From UHGV virus genome UHGV-0117379: a stretch of 35,783 bases of DNA. The stretch is one strand, 5' to 3'. Below the pieces are notes generated by a model that made no database searches, was not told the origin of the DNA, and saw nothing but the letters and a program-made list of their open reading frames with translations. The DNA comes from a virus. Positions 27,452 through 35,783 of this stretch are shown here, piece after piece; positions within the stretch are counted from its first letter, which is position 1, and every line of letters begins with the position of its first letter. The position numbers and the translations under genes are program-made.

Positions 27452-27795
27452 CTACCGTCCTATCGAAATATAACTGAATCTGTATTGCTGTGAGATATCA
27501 CTGGTTGCCACACGCCACGCTGAATTACTGATATGTTCAAAATTTACAGACAAAACCTGCGGGGCAGGAATCGACGGGTCTGACTGAACGGCATCAGACA
27601 TAACACTGACTGAAACCATCGGCTGATTAGGGAATGGTATAGGGAAGTGTCCACTGATAAAGCGGGTCGTGTTTCCTGAAAAAGTGCCAAACTGAACAAT
27701 ATATCCACCTGGTAGCCTGAACCATCCCGAACCAGAAGCGAATGCTCCCATATCCGGTATCTGATTATCTCCTGTGCCCACATCCCTTTTCGCCG
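27452..27795 (-). CDS. Alternative tail-fibre C-terminal variable segment (H'), start-less fragment to be fused to H after inversion
   Basis: ORF 27452..27850 on minus strand ends one nucleotide before G'; its 5' end runs into the crossover site; no plausible independent start. Confidence 0.55.
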
Positions 27796-27818
27796 CTTCT
27801 CCCAAACCAACGTTTAAG
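27793..27818. other. Invertase crossover site (gix/cix-like), right copy
   Basis: TTCTCCCAAACCAACGTTTAAGAAAA resembles the Gin gix consensus TTATCCAAAACCTCGGTTTACAGGAA as recalled; inverted copy of 25928..25947. Confidence 0.55.
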
Positions 27819-27877
27819 AAAATGCAGAGGTAACAGCTAACTGGCATCATCTCCGGTTTTTATTCAGGGGGATGATC

Positions 27878-28444
27878 ATGCTTATTGGCTATGTACGCGT
27901 GTCAACAAATGACCAGAACACCGATTTGCAACGTAATGCACTGAACTGCGCGGGATGTGAGCGGATTTTTGAGGACAAAATCAGTGGCACTAAGTCCGAC
28001 AGACCGGGGCTGAAAAAACTACTCAGGACACTATCGGCAGGAGACACGCTGGTTGTCTGGAAGCTGGACAGGTTGGGGCGCAGTATGCGGCATCTTGTTA
28101 CGCTGATAGAAGAGTTGCGCCAGCGTGGTGTGAATTTCAGAAGCCTGACTGACAGTATTGATACCAGTACCCCAATGGGCCGTTTCTTTTTTCATGTCAT
28201 GGGTGCCCTAGCTGAAATGGAACGCGAACTGATAGTTGAACGTACCAGGGCGGGGCTGGCTGCAGCTCGTGATAAAGGCAGAGTAGGTGGACGCCGTCCT
28301 AAGTTGACCACCGAACAGTGGGCACAGATTGGACGCTTACTCGAGGCCGGAGAATCAAGACAGCGTATTGCACTGATTTTTGATGTGGGTGTTTCCACAA
28401 TTTATAGAAAATTTCCGGCAAATAAGAGTAATGAATCCCCCTGA
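27878..28444 (+). CDS. Serine DNA invertase (Gin/Cin/Pin/Hin family)
   Basis: MLIGYVRVSTNDQNTDLQRNAL...VVWKLDRLGRSM.HL....EL..RG.NFRSLTDSIDTS.PMGRFFFHVMGALAEMERELI.ERT.AGLAAAR.KGR.GGR.PKLT close match to Mu Gin / P1 Cin as recalled. Confidence 0.9.
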   Translation: MLIGYVRVSTNDQNTDLQRNALNCAGCERIFEDKISGTKSDRPGLKKLLRTLSAGDTLVVWKLDRLGRSMRHLVTLIEELRQRGVNFRSLTDSIDTSTPMGRFFFHVMGALAEMERELIVERTRAGLAAARDKGRVGGRRPKLTTEQWAQIGRLLEAGESRQRIALIFDVGVSTIYRKFPANKSNESP

Positions 28445-28492
28445 ATCAGCATTATGTTGATTATCCCTGCAAGCAGACAAATACCGTTATTT

Positions 28493-28510
28493 TGTGTGAA
28501 TAACGACACA
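28493..28510. promoter_or_regulatory. Ogr-type late activator site TGT-N12-ACA upstream of FI (PF)
   Basis: TGTGTGAATAACGACACA about 75 nt upstream of FI start. Confidence 0.5.
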
Positions 28511-28586
28511 ACTGCGCTTAGCTGTTTGTCAGGCACAATCACTTCAACATAGGGCGAAGCCTAATCCAATCAGGAGGTTCGCCACT

Positions 28587-29759
28587 ATGGCTCAGGATTA
28601 CCACCACGGGGTGCGCGTTGTTGAAGTCAACGAAGGCACCCGATCTATTACCACGGTGAGCACCGCCATCGTGGGTATGGTCTGCACGGGCGATGATGCC
28701 GATGCAAAAATGTTTCCTCTTAATAAACCCGTGCTGATCACTGATGTGCTGACTGCCAGCGGTAAAGCGGGTGAGTCCGGTACTCTGGCCCGTTCGCTGG
28801 ATGCCATCGCTGACCAGGCAAAACCCGTGACCATTGTTGTGCGTGTGCCGCAGGGTGAAACGGAAGACGAAACCACGACCAATATCATCGGCGCAGTGAC
28901 TGCTGAAGGTAAAAAAACAGGTATGAAAGCCCTGTTATCTGCCCAGTCACAGCTCGGCGTTAAACCGCGCATTCTCGGCGTGCCAGGCCACGACACCAAG
29001 GCGGTAGCTACTGAGTTGCTGAGCGTGGCGCAAAGCCTGCGTGGATTTGCTTACCTGTCAGCGTATGGCTGCAAGACAGTGCAGGAGGCGATCACTTACC
29101 GCGAAAACTTCAGCCAGCGCGAAGGGATGCTGATCTGGCCTGACTTTACTGGCTGGGACACGGTGCTGAATGCCGAAGCAACGGCATATGCCACCGCCCG
29201 TGCGCTTGGTCTGCGCGCCAAAATTGACGAGCAGACCGGATGGCACAAAAGCCTGTCCAATGTGGGCGTGAACGGTGTCACCGGAATTTCTGCAGATGTG
29301 TTCTGGGATCTGCAGGACCCGGCAACCGATGCAGGTCTGCTGAACCAGAACGACGTCACCACGCTTGTGCGTAAAGACGGTTTCCGCTTCTGGGGGTCCC
29401 GCTGCCTGAGTGATGACCCGCTCTTTGCCTTCGAAAACTACACCCGCACGGCGCAGGTGCTGACGGACACGATGGCAGAAGCACACATGTGGGCGGTGGA
29501 TAAACCGCTTAACCCGTCGCTGGCCCGCGACATTATCGAAGGTATCCGCGCCAAAATGCGCAGACTGGTCAGTCAGGGCTATCTCATTGGTGGTGATTGC
29601 TGGCTGGATGAGTCGGTGAACGACAAAGACACGCTGAAAGCCGGAAAACTCACCATCGACTACGACTACACGCCAGTGCCGCCACTTGAAAACCTGATGC
29701 TGCGTCAGCGCATCACCGATCAGTACCTGGTGAATTTCGCCAGCCAGGTCAGCGCGTAA
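28587..29759 (+). CDS. FI: Tail sheath protein FI
   Basis: 390 aa, contractile sheath family, GGAGG RBS; P2 FI size and position. Confidence 0.9.
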   Translation: MAQDYHHGVRVVEVNEGTRSITTVSTAIVGMVCTGDDADAKMFPLNKPVLITDVLTASGKAGESGTLARSLDAIADQAKPVTIVVRVPQGETEDETTTNIIGAVTAEGKKTGMKALLSAQSQLGVKPRILGVPGHDTKAVATELLSVAQSLRGFAYLSAYGCKTVQEAITYRENFSQREGMLIWPDFTGWDTVLNAEATAYATARALGLRAKIDEQTGWHKSLSNVGVNGVTGISADVFWDLQDPATDAGLLNQNDVTTLVRKDGFRFWGSRCLSDDPLFAFENYTRTAQVLTDTMAEAHMWAVDKPLNPSLARDIIEGIRAKMRRLVSQGYLIGGDCWLDESVNDKDTLKAGKLTIDYDYTPVPPLENLMLRQRITDQYLVNFASQVSA

Positions 29760-29768
29760 GGGGACAAC

Positions 29769-30284
29769 ATGGCTTTACCACGCAAATTAAAACACCTGAA
29801 CCTGTTTAACGACGGGAACAACTGGCAGGGGATCGTTGAGTCGCTGACGCTGCCGAAATTTACCCGCAAATATGAGAAGTATCGCGGCGGCGGAATGCCG
29901 GGTGCGGTGGATGTGGATCTGGGGCTTGATGACAGTGCGCTGGACACAGAATTTTCCATTGGTGGTACTGAATTGCTGCTGTTTAAACAGATGGGTAAAG
30001 CCACGGTGGATGGCATCCAGCTGCGCTTTACCGGCTCTATTCAGCGTGACGATACCGGGGAAGTGCAGGCCGTGGAGCTTGTCGTGCGTGGACGTCACAA
30101 AGAAGTGGATTCCGGCGAGTGGAAGACGGGCGAAAGCAACACCACCAAAGTGACCAGTACCAACAGCTACGCGAAGCTGACCATCAATGGTGAGGTGCTC
30201 TATGAAGTGGACCTTATCAACATGGTGGAAATTGTGGACGGTGTGGACCTGATGGAAGCGCACCGCAACGCCCTCGGCCTCTGA
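29769..30284 (+). CDS. FII: Tail tube protein FII
   Basis: 171 aa, immediately after sheath; P2 FII-like (LNLFNDGN...LPKFTRK). Confidence 0.9.
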   Translation: MALPRKLKHLNLFNDGNNWQGIVESLTLPKFTRKYEKYRGGGMPGAVDVDLGLDDSALDTEFSIGGTELLLFKQMGKATVDGIQLRFTGSIQRDDTGEVQAVELVVRGRHKEVDSGEWKTGESNTTKVTSTNSYAKLTINGEVLYEVDLINMVEIVDGVDLMEAHRNALGL

Positions 30285-30338
30285 TATATCTGAACGGCGC
30301 GGGATACCGCGCCAGAACCCAATTGACAGGACAGCAAA

Positions 30339-30641
30339 ATGAGCGATAAGCAGACTGAAAAGACCATTCAACTGGATACCCCCATCAAGCGCGGTAAAAC
30401 AGAAATCACCGAAATTGTGCTGCGTAAACCGCAGTCCGGTGCGCTGCGCGGTACACGCCTGCAGGCCATTATGGATATGGATGTAAACGCGATGATGACC
30501 GTGATCCCCCGCATCTCCAGTCCGGCACTGACTGCACAGGAAATTGCAGAGATGGACCCGGCAGATCTCACTGCCATGTCGGTTGAGGTTGTCACTTTTT
30601 TGTTGAAGAAGTCGGTGCTTGCCGGTTTACCGACAGCCTGA
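30339..30641 (+). CDS. E: Tail assembly chaperone E
   Basis: 100 aa, precedes tape measure, ends just after slippery heptamer. Confidence 0.85.
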   Translation: MSDKQTEKTIQLDTPIKRGKTEITEIVLRKPQSGALRGTRLQAIMDMDVNAMMTVIPRISSPALTAQEIAEMDPADLTAMSVEVVTFLLKKSVLAGLPTA

Positions 30642-30774
30642 CGGTTGACGATCTGGTGGCAGATATCGCCACCATTTTTCACTGGCCGCCATCCGTTACT
30701 GACGTTATGCCGCTGACCGAAGTGCTGGAATGGCGGTATAAAGCGATTCAGAGAAGCGGGGCCAACGATGAGTG
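30339..30774 (+). CDS. E+E' -1 frameshift fusion product (tail assembly chaperone long form)
   Basis: Slippery T-TTT-TTG at 30596..30602; the -1 frame stays open to TGA at 30772..30774 (VEEVGACRFTDSLTVDDLVADIATIFHWPP...); conserved arrangement in P2-like and lambda-like phages. Confidence 0.6.
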
Positions 30775-33700
30775 ATAACAACCTGCGTCTGCAGGTCATT
30801 CTTAATGCGGTTGACAAGCTCACCCGCCCATTTCGATCTGCGCAGGCCAGTTCAAGAGAACTGGCTGCTGCTGTCAAAAAATCCCGCGATGCAATAAAGC
30901 AGCTTGATCAGGCCGGGAGCAGTCTGGACAGCTTCCGAAAGCTGCAGGCAGAAAATCAGAAATTAGGCGACAGGCTGAACTATGCCCGCCAGCGTGCAAA
31001 TTTGCTCAGTCAGGAACTGGGAGCGATGGGGCCGCCTTCGCAACGTCAGGTTGTTGCTCTGGGCCGTCAACGGCTGGCTGTTCAGCGCCTGGAAGAACGC
31101 CAGAAAAAGCTGCAGCAGCAGACGGCGCTTGTGCGTGCTGAACTGTACCGGGCGGGAATTTCTGCGAAAGACGATGCGGGAGCAACTGCCCGTTTAGCCC
31201 GTGAAACATCACGTTATAACCAGGAACTTTCGAAACAGGAGGCGCGGCTGAAGCGACTGGGGGAAGCTCAGCGCAGGATGAATGCAGCGCGTGCCAGTTA
31301 TGCCCGTTCGCTGGAGGTGCGTGATCGTATTGCAGGTGCCGGAGCCACCACCACGGCTGCAGGGCTGGCAATGGGTGCGCCAGTGATGGCGGCAGTAAAA
31401 AGCTATACCAGCATGGAAGATGCCATGAAAGGTGTGGCAAAGCAGGTCAATGGTCTGCGTGACGATAATGGCAACCGCACTGCACGTTTTTATGAAATGC
31501 AGGATGCCATCAAGGCTGCCAGCGAACAGTTGCCGATGGAAAACGGTGCGGTGGACTTCGCTGCACTGGTTGAAGGTGGTGCGCGCATGAACGTCGCAAA
31601 CCCTGACGACAGCTGGGAAGATCAGAAACGTGACCTGCTGGCCTTCGCCAGTACGGCAGCAAAGGCGGCAACAGCCTTTGAGCTGCCAGCGGATGAACTG
31701 TCAGAAAGTCTGGGGAAAATCGCCCAGCTCTACAAAATCCCCACCCGCAATATTGAACAGCTCGGTGATGCGCTGAACTATCTGGATGATAACGCCATGT
31801 CGAAAGGGGCAGACATCATTGATGTGATGCAACGTCTGGGCGGTGTGGCTGACCGTCTGGATTATCGTAAAGCGGCGGCGCTGGGTTCCACCTTCCTGAC
31901 ACTGGGCGCTGCGCCAGAGGTTGCAGCCAGTGCAGCAAACGCGATGGTGCGTGAATTGTCCATTGCCACCATGCAAAGCAAGAGTTTCTTTGAAGGGATG
32001 AATCTGCTGAAACTCAATCCTGAAGTGATTGAAAAGCAGATGACGAAGGATGCGATGGGAACCATCCAGCGCGTGCTGGAGAAGGTAAACGCGCTGCCGC
32101 AGGACAAGCGCCTGTCTGCCATGACTATGTTGTTTGGTAAAGAGTTTGGCGATGACGCGGCGAAACTGGCAAACAACCTGCCGGAACTGCAGCGTCAGTT
32201 AAAACTGACAGCGGGCAATGATGCGCTCGGCTCCATGCAGAAAGAATCCGACATTAACAAGGATTCACTTTCTGCGCAGTGGTTGCTGGTCAAAACCGGA
32301 GCGCAGAACACCTTCAGCAGCCTGGGCGAAACGCTGCGCCAGCCGCTGATGGATATTCTGTACACGGTGAAAAGCGTCACGGGGGCGTTGCGTCGCTGGG
32401 TGGAAGCTAACCCGGAACTGACAGGCACACTGATGAAAGCATCGGCTGTTGTGGCTGCGGTTACCGTCGGCCTCGGCACCTTAGCGGTGGCGCTGGCTGC
32501 AGTGCTGGGGCCGCTGGCAGTGATCCGTCTGGGATTCTCTGTGTTGGGTATCAAAACGTTATCTTCCGTTACGGCAGCAGTAACTCGAACCAGCAGCGCG
32601 TTGTCCTGGCTGGCTGGCGCACCACTGGCACTGCTGCGACGCGGGCTTGCTTCATCGGGCAACGCCGCAGGTTTACTTACTGCGCCGTTGTCGTCTTTGC
32701 GCCGCACGGCATCACTGACGGGAAATGTCCTGAAAACTGTAGCAGGTGCGCCGGTTGCACTTTTGCGGTCTGGATTATCCGGTTTACGTGCTGTTGCTGT
32801 GATGTTTATGAATCCTCTGGCGGTACTGCGCGGTGGACTGGCCGCCGCAGGCACGGTGCTGCGAGTACTGGCATCTGGTCCACTGGCGATGCTGCGCGTT
32901 GCCCTGTATGCCATATCTGGTCTGTTAGGTGCTCTGCTCAGTCCGATAGGTCTTGTGGTTACTGCACTGGCGGGCGTGGCGCTGGTTGTCTGGAAATACT
33001 GGCAACCCATCACCGCATTTCTCGGTGGCGTGGTGGAAGGATTCAAAGCGGCGGCAGGTCCCATCAGTGCAGCGTTCGAACCGCTTAAGCCCGTGTTCCA
33101 GTGGATTGGCGACAAAGTGCAGGCGCTGTGGGGCTGGTTTACTGATCTGCTGACGCCCGTTAAGTCGACCTCTGCCGAACTGCAGAGCGCAGCGGCAATG
33201 GGGCGGCGATTCGGGGAGGCACTGGCGGAAGGGCTGAATATGGTCATGCATCCGCTGGACTCCCTGAAATCCGGCGTTTCCTGGTTGCTGGAGAAGCTCG
33301 GCATTGTCAGTAAAGAGGCCGCAAAGGCAAAACTGCCGGAAAGCGTGACGCGTCAGCAACCTGCGACGGTGAATGCAGACGGTAAAGTGATGATGCCATC
33401 GGGTGGTTTTCCATCATGGGGATATGGCTTTGCGGGGATGTATGACAGCGGCGGGTATATCCCGCGCGGGCAGTTTGGCATCGTCGGTGAAAACGGGCCG
33501 GAAATTGTTAACGGCCCGGCAAATGTGACCAGCCGGAGAAATACAGCTGCACTGGCTGCCGTTGTTGCCGGAATGATGGGCGTTGCTGCCGCGCCAGCAG
33601 AGCTTCCACCGTTGCACCCTTTGGCACTTCCCGCGAAAGGTGGAGAAGCAATTGTGAGTCGCGCAGCCACTGTGCCGCTCGTTCAACGGATTGAGGCACC

Positions 33701-33845
33701 GACGCAGATCATCATTCAGACGCAGCCAGGACAAAGTGCGCAGGATATTGCGCGGGAGGTGGAACGCCAGCTTGATGAACGTGAACGCAGGCTGAAGGCA
33801 AAAGCCAGGAGTAACTACAGCGATCAGGGGGGATACGACGCATGA
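30768..33845 (+). CDS. T: Tail tape measure protein T
   Basis: 1025 aa, coiled-coil N-terminus, hydrophobic Gly/Ala-rich middle, position after E/E'. Confidence 0.9.
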   Translation: MSDNNLRLQVILNAVDKLTRPFRSAQASSRELAAAVKKSRDAIKQLDQAGSSLDSFRKLQAENQKLGDRLNYARQRANLLSQELGAMGPPSQRQVVALGRQRLAVQRLEERQKKLQQQTALVRAELYRAGISAKDDAGATARLARETSRYNQELSKQEARLKRLGEAQRRMNAARASYARSLEVRDRIAGAGATTTAAGLAMGAPVMAAVKSYTSMEDAMKGVAKQVNGLRDDNGNRTARFYEMQDAIKAASEQLPMENGAVDFAALVEGGARMNVANPDDSWEDQKRDLLAFASTAAKAATAFELPADELSESLGKIAQLYKIPTRNIEQLGDALNYLDDNAMSKGADIIDVMQRLGGVADRLDYRKAAALGSTFLTLGAAPEVAASAANAMVRELSIATMQSKSFFEGMNLLKLNPEVIEKQMTKDAMGTIQRVLEKVNALPQDKRLSAMTMLFGKEFGDDAAKLANNLPELQRQLKLTAGNDALGSMQKESDINKDSLSAQWLLVKTGAQNTFSSLGETLRQPLMDILYTVKSVTGALRRWVEANPELTGTLMKASAVVAAVTVGLGTLAVALAAVLGPLAVIRLGFSVLGIKTLSSVTAAVTRTSSALSWLAGAPLALLRRGLASSGNAAGLLTAPLSSLRRTASLTGNVLKTVAGAPVALLRSGLSGLRAVAVMFMNPLAVLRGGLAAAGTVLRVLASGPLAMLRVALYAISGLLGALLSPIGLVVTALAGVALVVWKYWQPITAFLGGVVEGFKAAAGPISAAFEPLKPVFQWIGDKVQALWGWFTDLLTPVKSTSAELQSAAAMGRRFGEALAEGLNMVMHPLDSLKSGVSWLLEKLGIVSKEAAKAKLPESVTRQQPATVNADGKVMMPSGGFPSWGYGFAGMYDSGGYIPRGQFGIVGENGPEIVNGPANVTSRRNTAALAAVVAGMMGVAAAPAELPPLHPLALPAKGGEAIVSRAATVPLVQRIEAPTQIIIQTQPGQSAQDIAREVERQLDERERRLKAKARSNYSDQGGYDA

Positions 33846-34327
33846 TGATGGTGCTGGGATTGTACGTGTTTATGCTGCGCACCGTTCCGTATCAGGAACT
33901 GCAGTATCAACGCAGCTGGCGACATGCGGCAAACAGTCGGGTAAACCGACGTCCGTCCACGCAGTTTCTGGGACCGGAAAACGACATGCTGACGCTTTCC
34001 GGTGTTCTTATGCCGGAAATAACAGGCGGCAGGCTGTCGTTGCTGGCACTGGAGCAGATGGCAGAACAGGGGAAAGCATGGCCCCTGATTGAAGGCAGCG
34101 GCACGATTTACGGCATGTATGTGATTGAGGGACTGAATCAGACTAAAACGGAGTTTTTCCGCGATGGTATGCCGCGCCGGATTGAGTTCACCCTGTCGCT
34201 CAAACGGGTGGATGAATCCCTGTCCGATATGTTCGGTGATCTCAGTGCGCAGCTGAATAATTTGCAGGATACGACAACGTCTGCCTTAAGCGATATCAGT
34301 AAAACGGTGGGAGGGCTGCTGTCGTGA
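33842..34327 (+). CDS. U: Tail protein U
   Basis: 161 aa, ATGA overlap with T; P2 U position. Confidence 0.85.
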   Translation: MMMVLGLYVFMLRTVPYQELQYQRSWRHAANSRVNRRPSTQFLGPENDMLTLSGVLMPEITGGRLSLLALEQMAEQGKAWPLIEGSGTIYGMYVIEGLNQTKTEFFRDGMPRRIEFTLSLKRVDESLSDMFGDLSAQLNNLQDTTTSALSDISKTVGGLLS

Positions 34328-35424
34328 ATTTCAGCTCTGAACTGCTTAACAAAGGCAACAAAACTCCGGCATTCAGCATCAGTATTGAGGGTAAGGATAT
34401 CACCACTGTGCTGGATAATCGCCTGATGAGTCTGACGCTGACGGACAATCGGGGCTTTGAAGCGGACCAGCTTGATCTGGAGCTGGACGACGCCGACGGA
34501 AAAATCGTGCTGCCGCGCCGTGGTGCGGTCATTACGCTGGCGTTGGGCTGGAAGGGGCAGTCGCTTTTCCCGAAAGGAGCATTCACGGTGGACGAGATTG
34601 AACACACTGGCGCACCGGACCGCCTGACTATCCGGGCGCGAAGTGCTGATTTTCGTGAAACCCTGAATACCCGCCGTGAAAAATCGTGGCACAAGACCAC
34701 CGTTGGGGAAGTGGTGAAGGAAATAGCTGCGCGGCACAAACTGAAGATGGCATTGGGTGAAGACCTGTCGGATAAACCTGTGGAGCATATAGACCAGACC
34801 AATGAGAGTGACGGCAGTTTTCTGATGCGGCTGGCGCGCCAGTACGGTGCTATTGCGTCGGTGAAAAATGGCAATCTGTTATTCATCCGGCAGGGACAGG
34901 GTAAAAGCGCCAGCGGTAAACCACTACCGGTTATCACTATCACACGTAAGGACGGCGACAGTCACCGCTTTACCCTGGCAGATCGCGGAGCCTACACGGG
35001 CGTAATTGCCAGCTGGTTGCATACCCGCGAACCCGCGAAGAAAGAAAGCACCACGGTGAAGCGTAAGCGCAGGACTAAGAAGCAGAAGAAAGAGCCGGAA
35101 GCGAAGCAGTGCGATTACCTGGTGGGTACAGATGAAAACGTGCTGGTACTTAATCACACCTATGCCAACCGGAGCAACGCCGAACGGGCGGCGAAAATGC
35201 AGTGGGAACGCCTGCAACGTGGCGTTGCGTCATTCTCGCTACAACTGGCAGAAGGTCGGGCGGATCTCTACACGGAAATGCCAGTGAAAGTCAGAGGCTT
35301 TAAACAGCCGATAGATGATGCGGAATGGACTATTACCACCCTGACGCATACTGTCAATCCGGATAACGGTTTTACGACCAGTCTGGAGCTTGAAGTGAAG
35401 ATTAATGATTTCGAAATGGAATGA
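34324..35424 (+). CDS. D: Tail protein D
   Basis: 366 aa, overlap with U, P2 D position and size. Confidence 0.9.
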   Translation: MNFSSELLNKGNKTPAFSISIEGKDITTVLDNRLMSLTLTDNRGFEADQLDLELDDADGKIVLPRRGAVITLALGWKGQSLFPKGAFTVDEIEHTGAPDRLTIRARSADFRETLNTRREKSWHKTTVGEVVKEIAARHKLKMALGEDLSDKPVEHIDQTNESDGSFLMRLARQYGAIASVKNGNLLFIRQGQGKSASGKPLPVITITRKDGDSHRFTLADRGAYTGVIASWLHTREPAKKESTTVKRKRRTKKQKKEPEAKQCDYLVGTDENVLVLNHTYANRSNAERAAKMQWERLQRGVASFSLQLAEGRADLYTEMPVKVRGFKQPIDDAEWTITTLTHTVNPDNGFTTSLELEVKINDFEME

Positions 35425-35514
35425 TTCTTCGTAATAGAGAACTTTTAAGTTTTCAAAATGGAATAATGCGGTATCATTATTGTGAATTTAGCAAAAATGG
35501 GGAGAACTCGAAAA

Positions 35515-35733
35515 ATGATGATTTGCCCACTGTGTGGAAGTGCCGCCCATACTCGCAGCAGTTTTCAGGTATCTTCATTGACCAAAGAGCGTTACAACCA
35601 GTGCCAGAACATTAACTGCAGCCATACTTTTGTTACCCATGAAACTTTTGTTCGTTCGATTGCAACGCCAAAAGAGTCAAATCCGGTTCAGCCGCATCCA
35701 ATGAAATCAGGACAGGTGGCGCTCTCTCTTTGA
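35515..35733 (+). CDS. ogr: Ogr/Delta-family zinc-finger late transcription activator
   Basis: MMICPLCGSAAHTRSS...KERYNQCQNINCSHTFVTHE...PHP matches P2 Ogr (CPLC...CQNVNC); 72 aa from ATG 35515. Confidence 0.85.
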   Translation: MMICPLCGSAAHTRSSFQVSSLTKERYNQCQNINCSHTFVTHETFVRSIATPKESNPVQPHPMKSGQVALSL

Positions 35734-35735
35734 CT

Positions 35736-35755
35736 CTGCCGCCAATTTGTCGCCA
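35736..35755. other. Candidate attR core (CTGCCGCCAATTTGTCGCCA)
   Basis: 19/20 identity with 756..775; begins 3 nt after ogr stop, the position where P2-family attP sits between ogr and int. Confidence 0.4.
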
Positions 35756-35783
35756 TCGTTAAAAAACAGTGCTTCTAACATCA

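Noticed and set aside
32195-33304. 369-aa minus-strand ORF inside tape measure gene T (plus other antisense ORFs at 31006..31440, 32925..33359, 33353..33734)
   Set aside because: Antisense artefacts within a GC-rich, Ala/Gly-rich coding region; low-complexity translation
35421-35615. 64-aa ORF overlapping the ogr start
   Set aside because: Out-of-frame overlap with ogr, AT-rich, no RBS; most likely non-coding leader or late terminator region
1-35783. CRISPR arrays, tRNA/rRNA genes, IS elements
   Set aside because: No regularly spaced repeats, no tRNA-like cloverleaf candidates near the att region, and no transposase-like ORFs seen; the only recombinases are the phage integrase and the Gin-like invertase

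Overview
The window is almost entirely one P2/186-family temperate myovirus prophage of about 35 kb in an enterobacterial chromosome. All calls rest on family-level protein recognition and motif reading by eye; no database search was run.

- **Left flank.** A host TetR-family regulator (50..613), followed by a P2-type tyrosine integrase at the prophage end.
- **Early region, phage 186-like.** It carries a CI repressor with convergent pR/pL promoters, Apl, CII, Fil-like and Dhr-like proteins, and small early proteins including a TraR/DksA zinc finger and a DUF3850/ASCH-like protein. A Dam methylase and a gpA rolling-circle replication initiator follow. The region ends with a LexA-boxed operon encoding a possible Tum-like antirepressor and a DinI-like protein.
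- **Late region, P2-like and in the same gene order as P2.** It encodes portal Q, terminase P, scaffold O, capsid N, small terminase M, L, X, a holin, a SAR endolysin, LysB with embedded LysC spanins, R, S, V, W, J, I, tail fibre H, G, sheath FI, tube FII, E/E' with a -1 frameshift, tape measure T, U, D and Ogr. Ogr-type TGT-N12-ACA sites sit upstream of O, V and FI.
- **Non-core cargo.**
  - A Cys-rich secreted peptide gene sits just after cI.
  - A two-gene module (72 aa protein plus 280 aa membrane protein) lies after gene A.
  - An AT-rich KAP-family P-loop NTPase lies between a cos-like sequence and Q.
  - An AT-rich 503-aa P-loop NTPase is inserted between S and V, an unusual location.
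  - A Gin/Cin-type invertible tail-fibre segment (H variable part plus tail-fibre assembly gene, in two orientations) has its own invertase.
- **Prophage ends.** A 19/20 direct repeat at 756..775 and 35736..35755 probably marks attL/attR.
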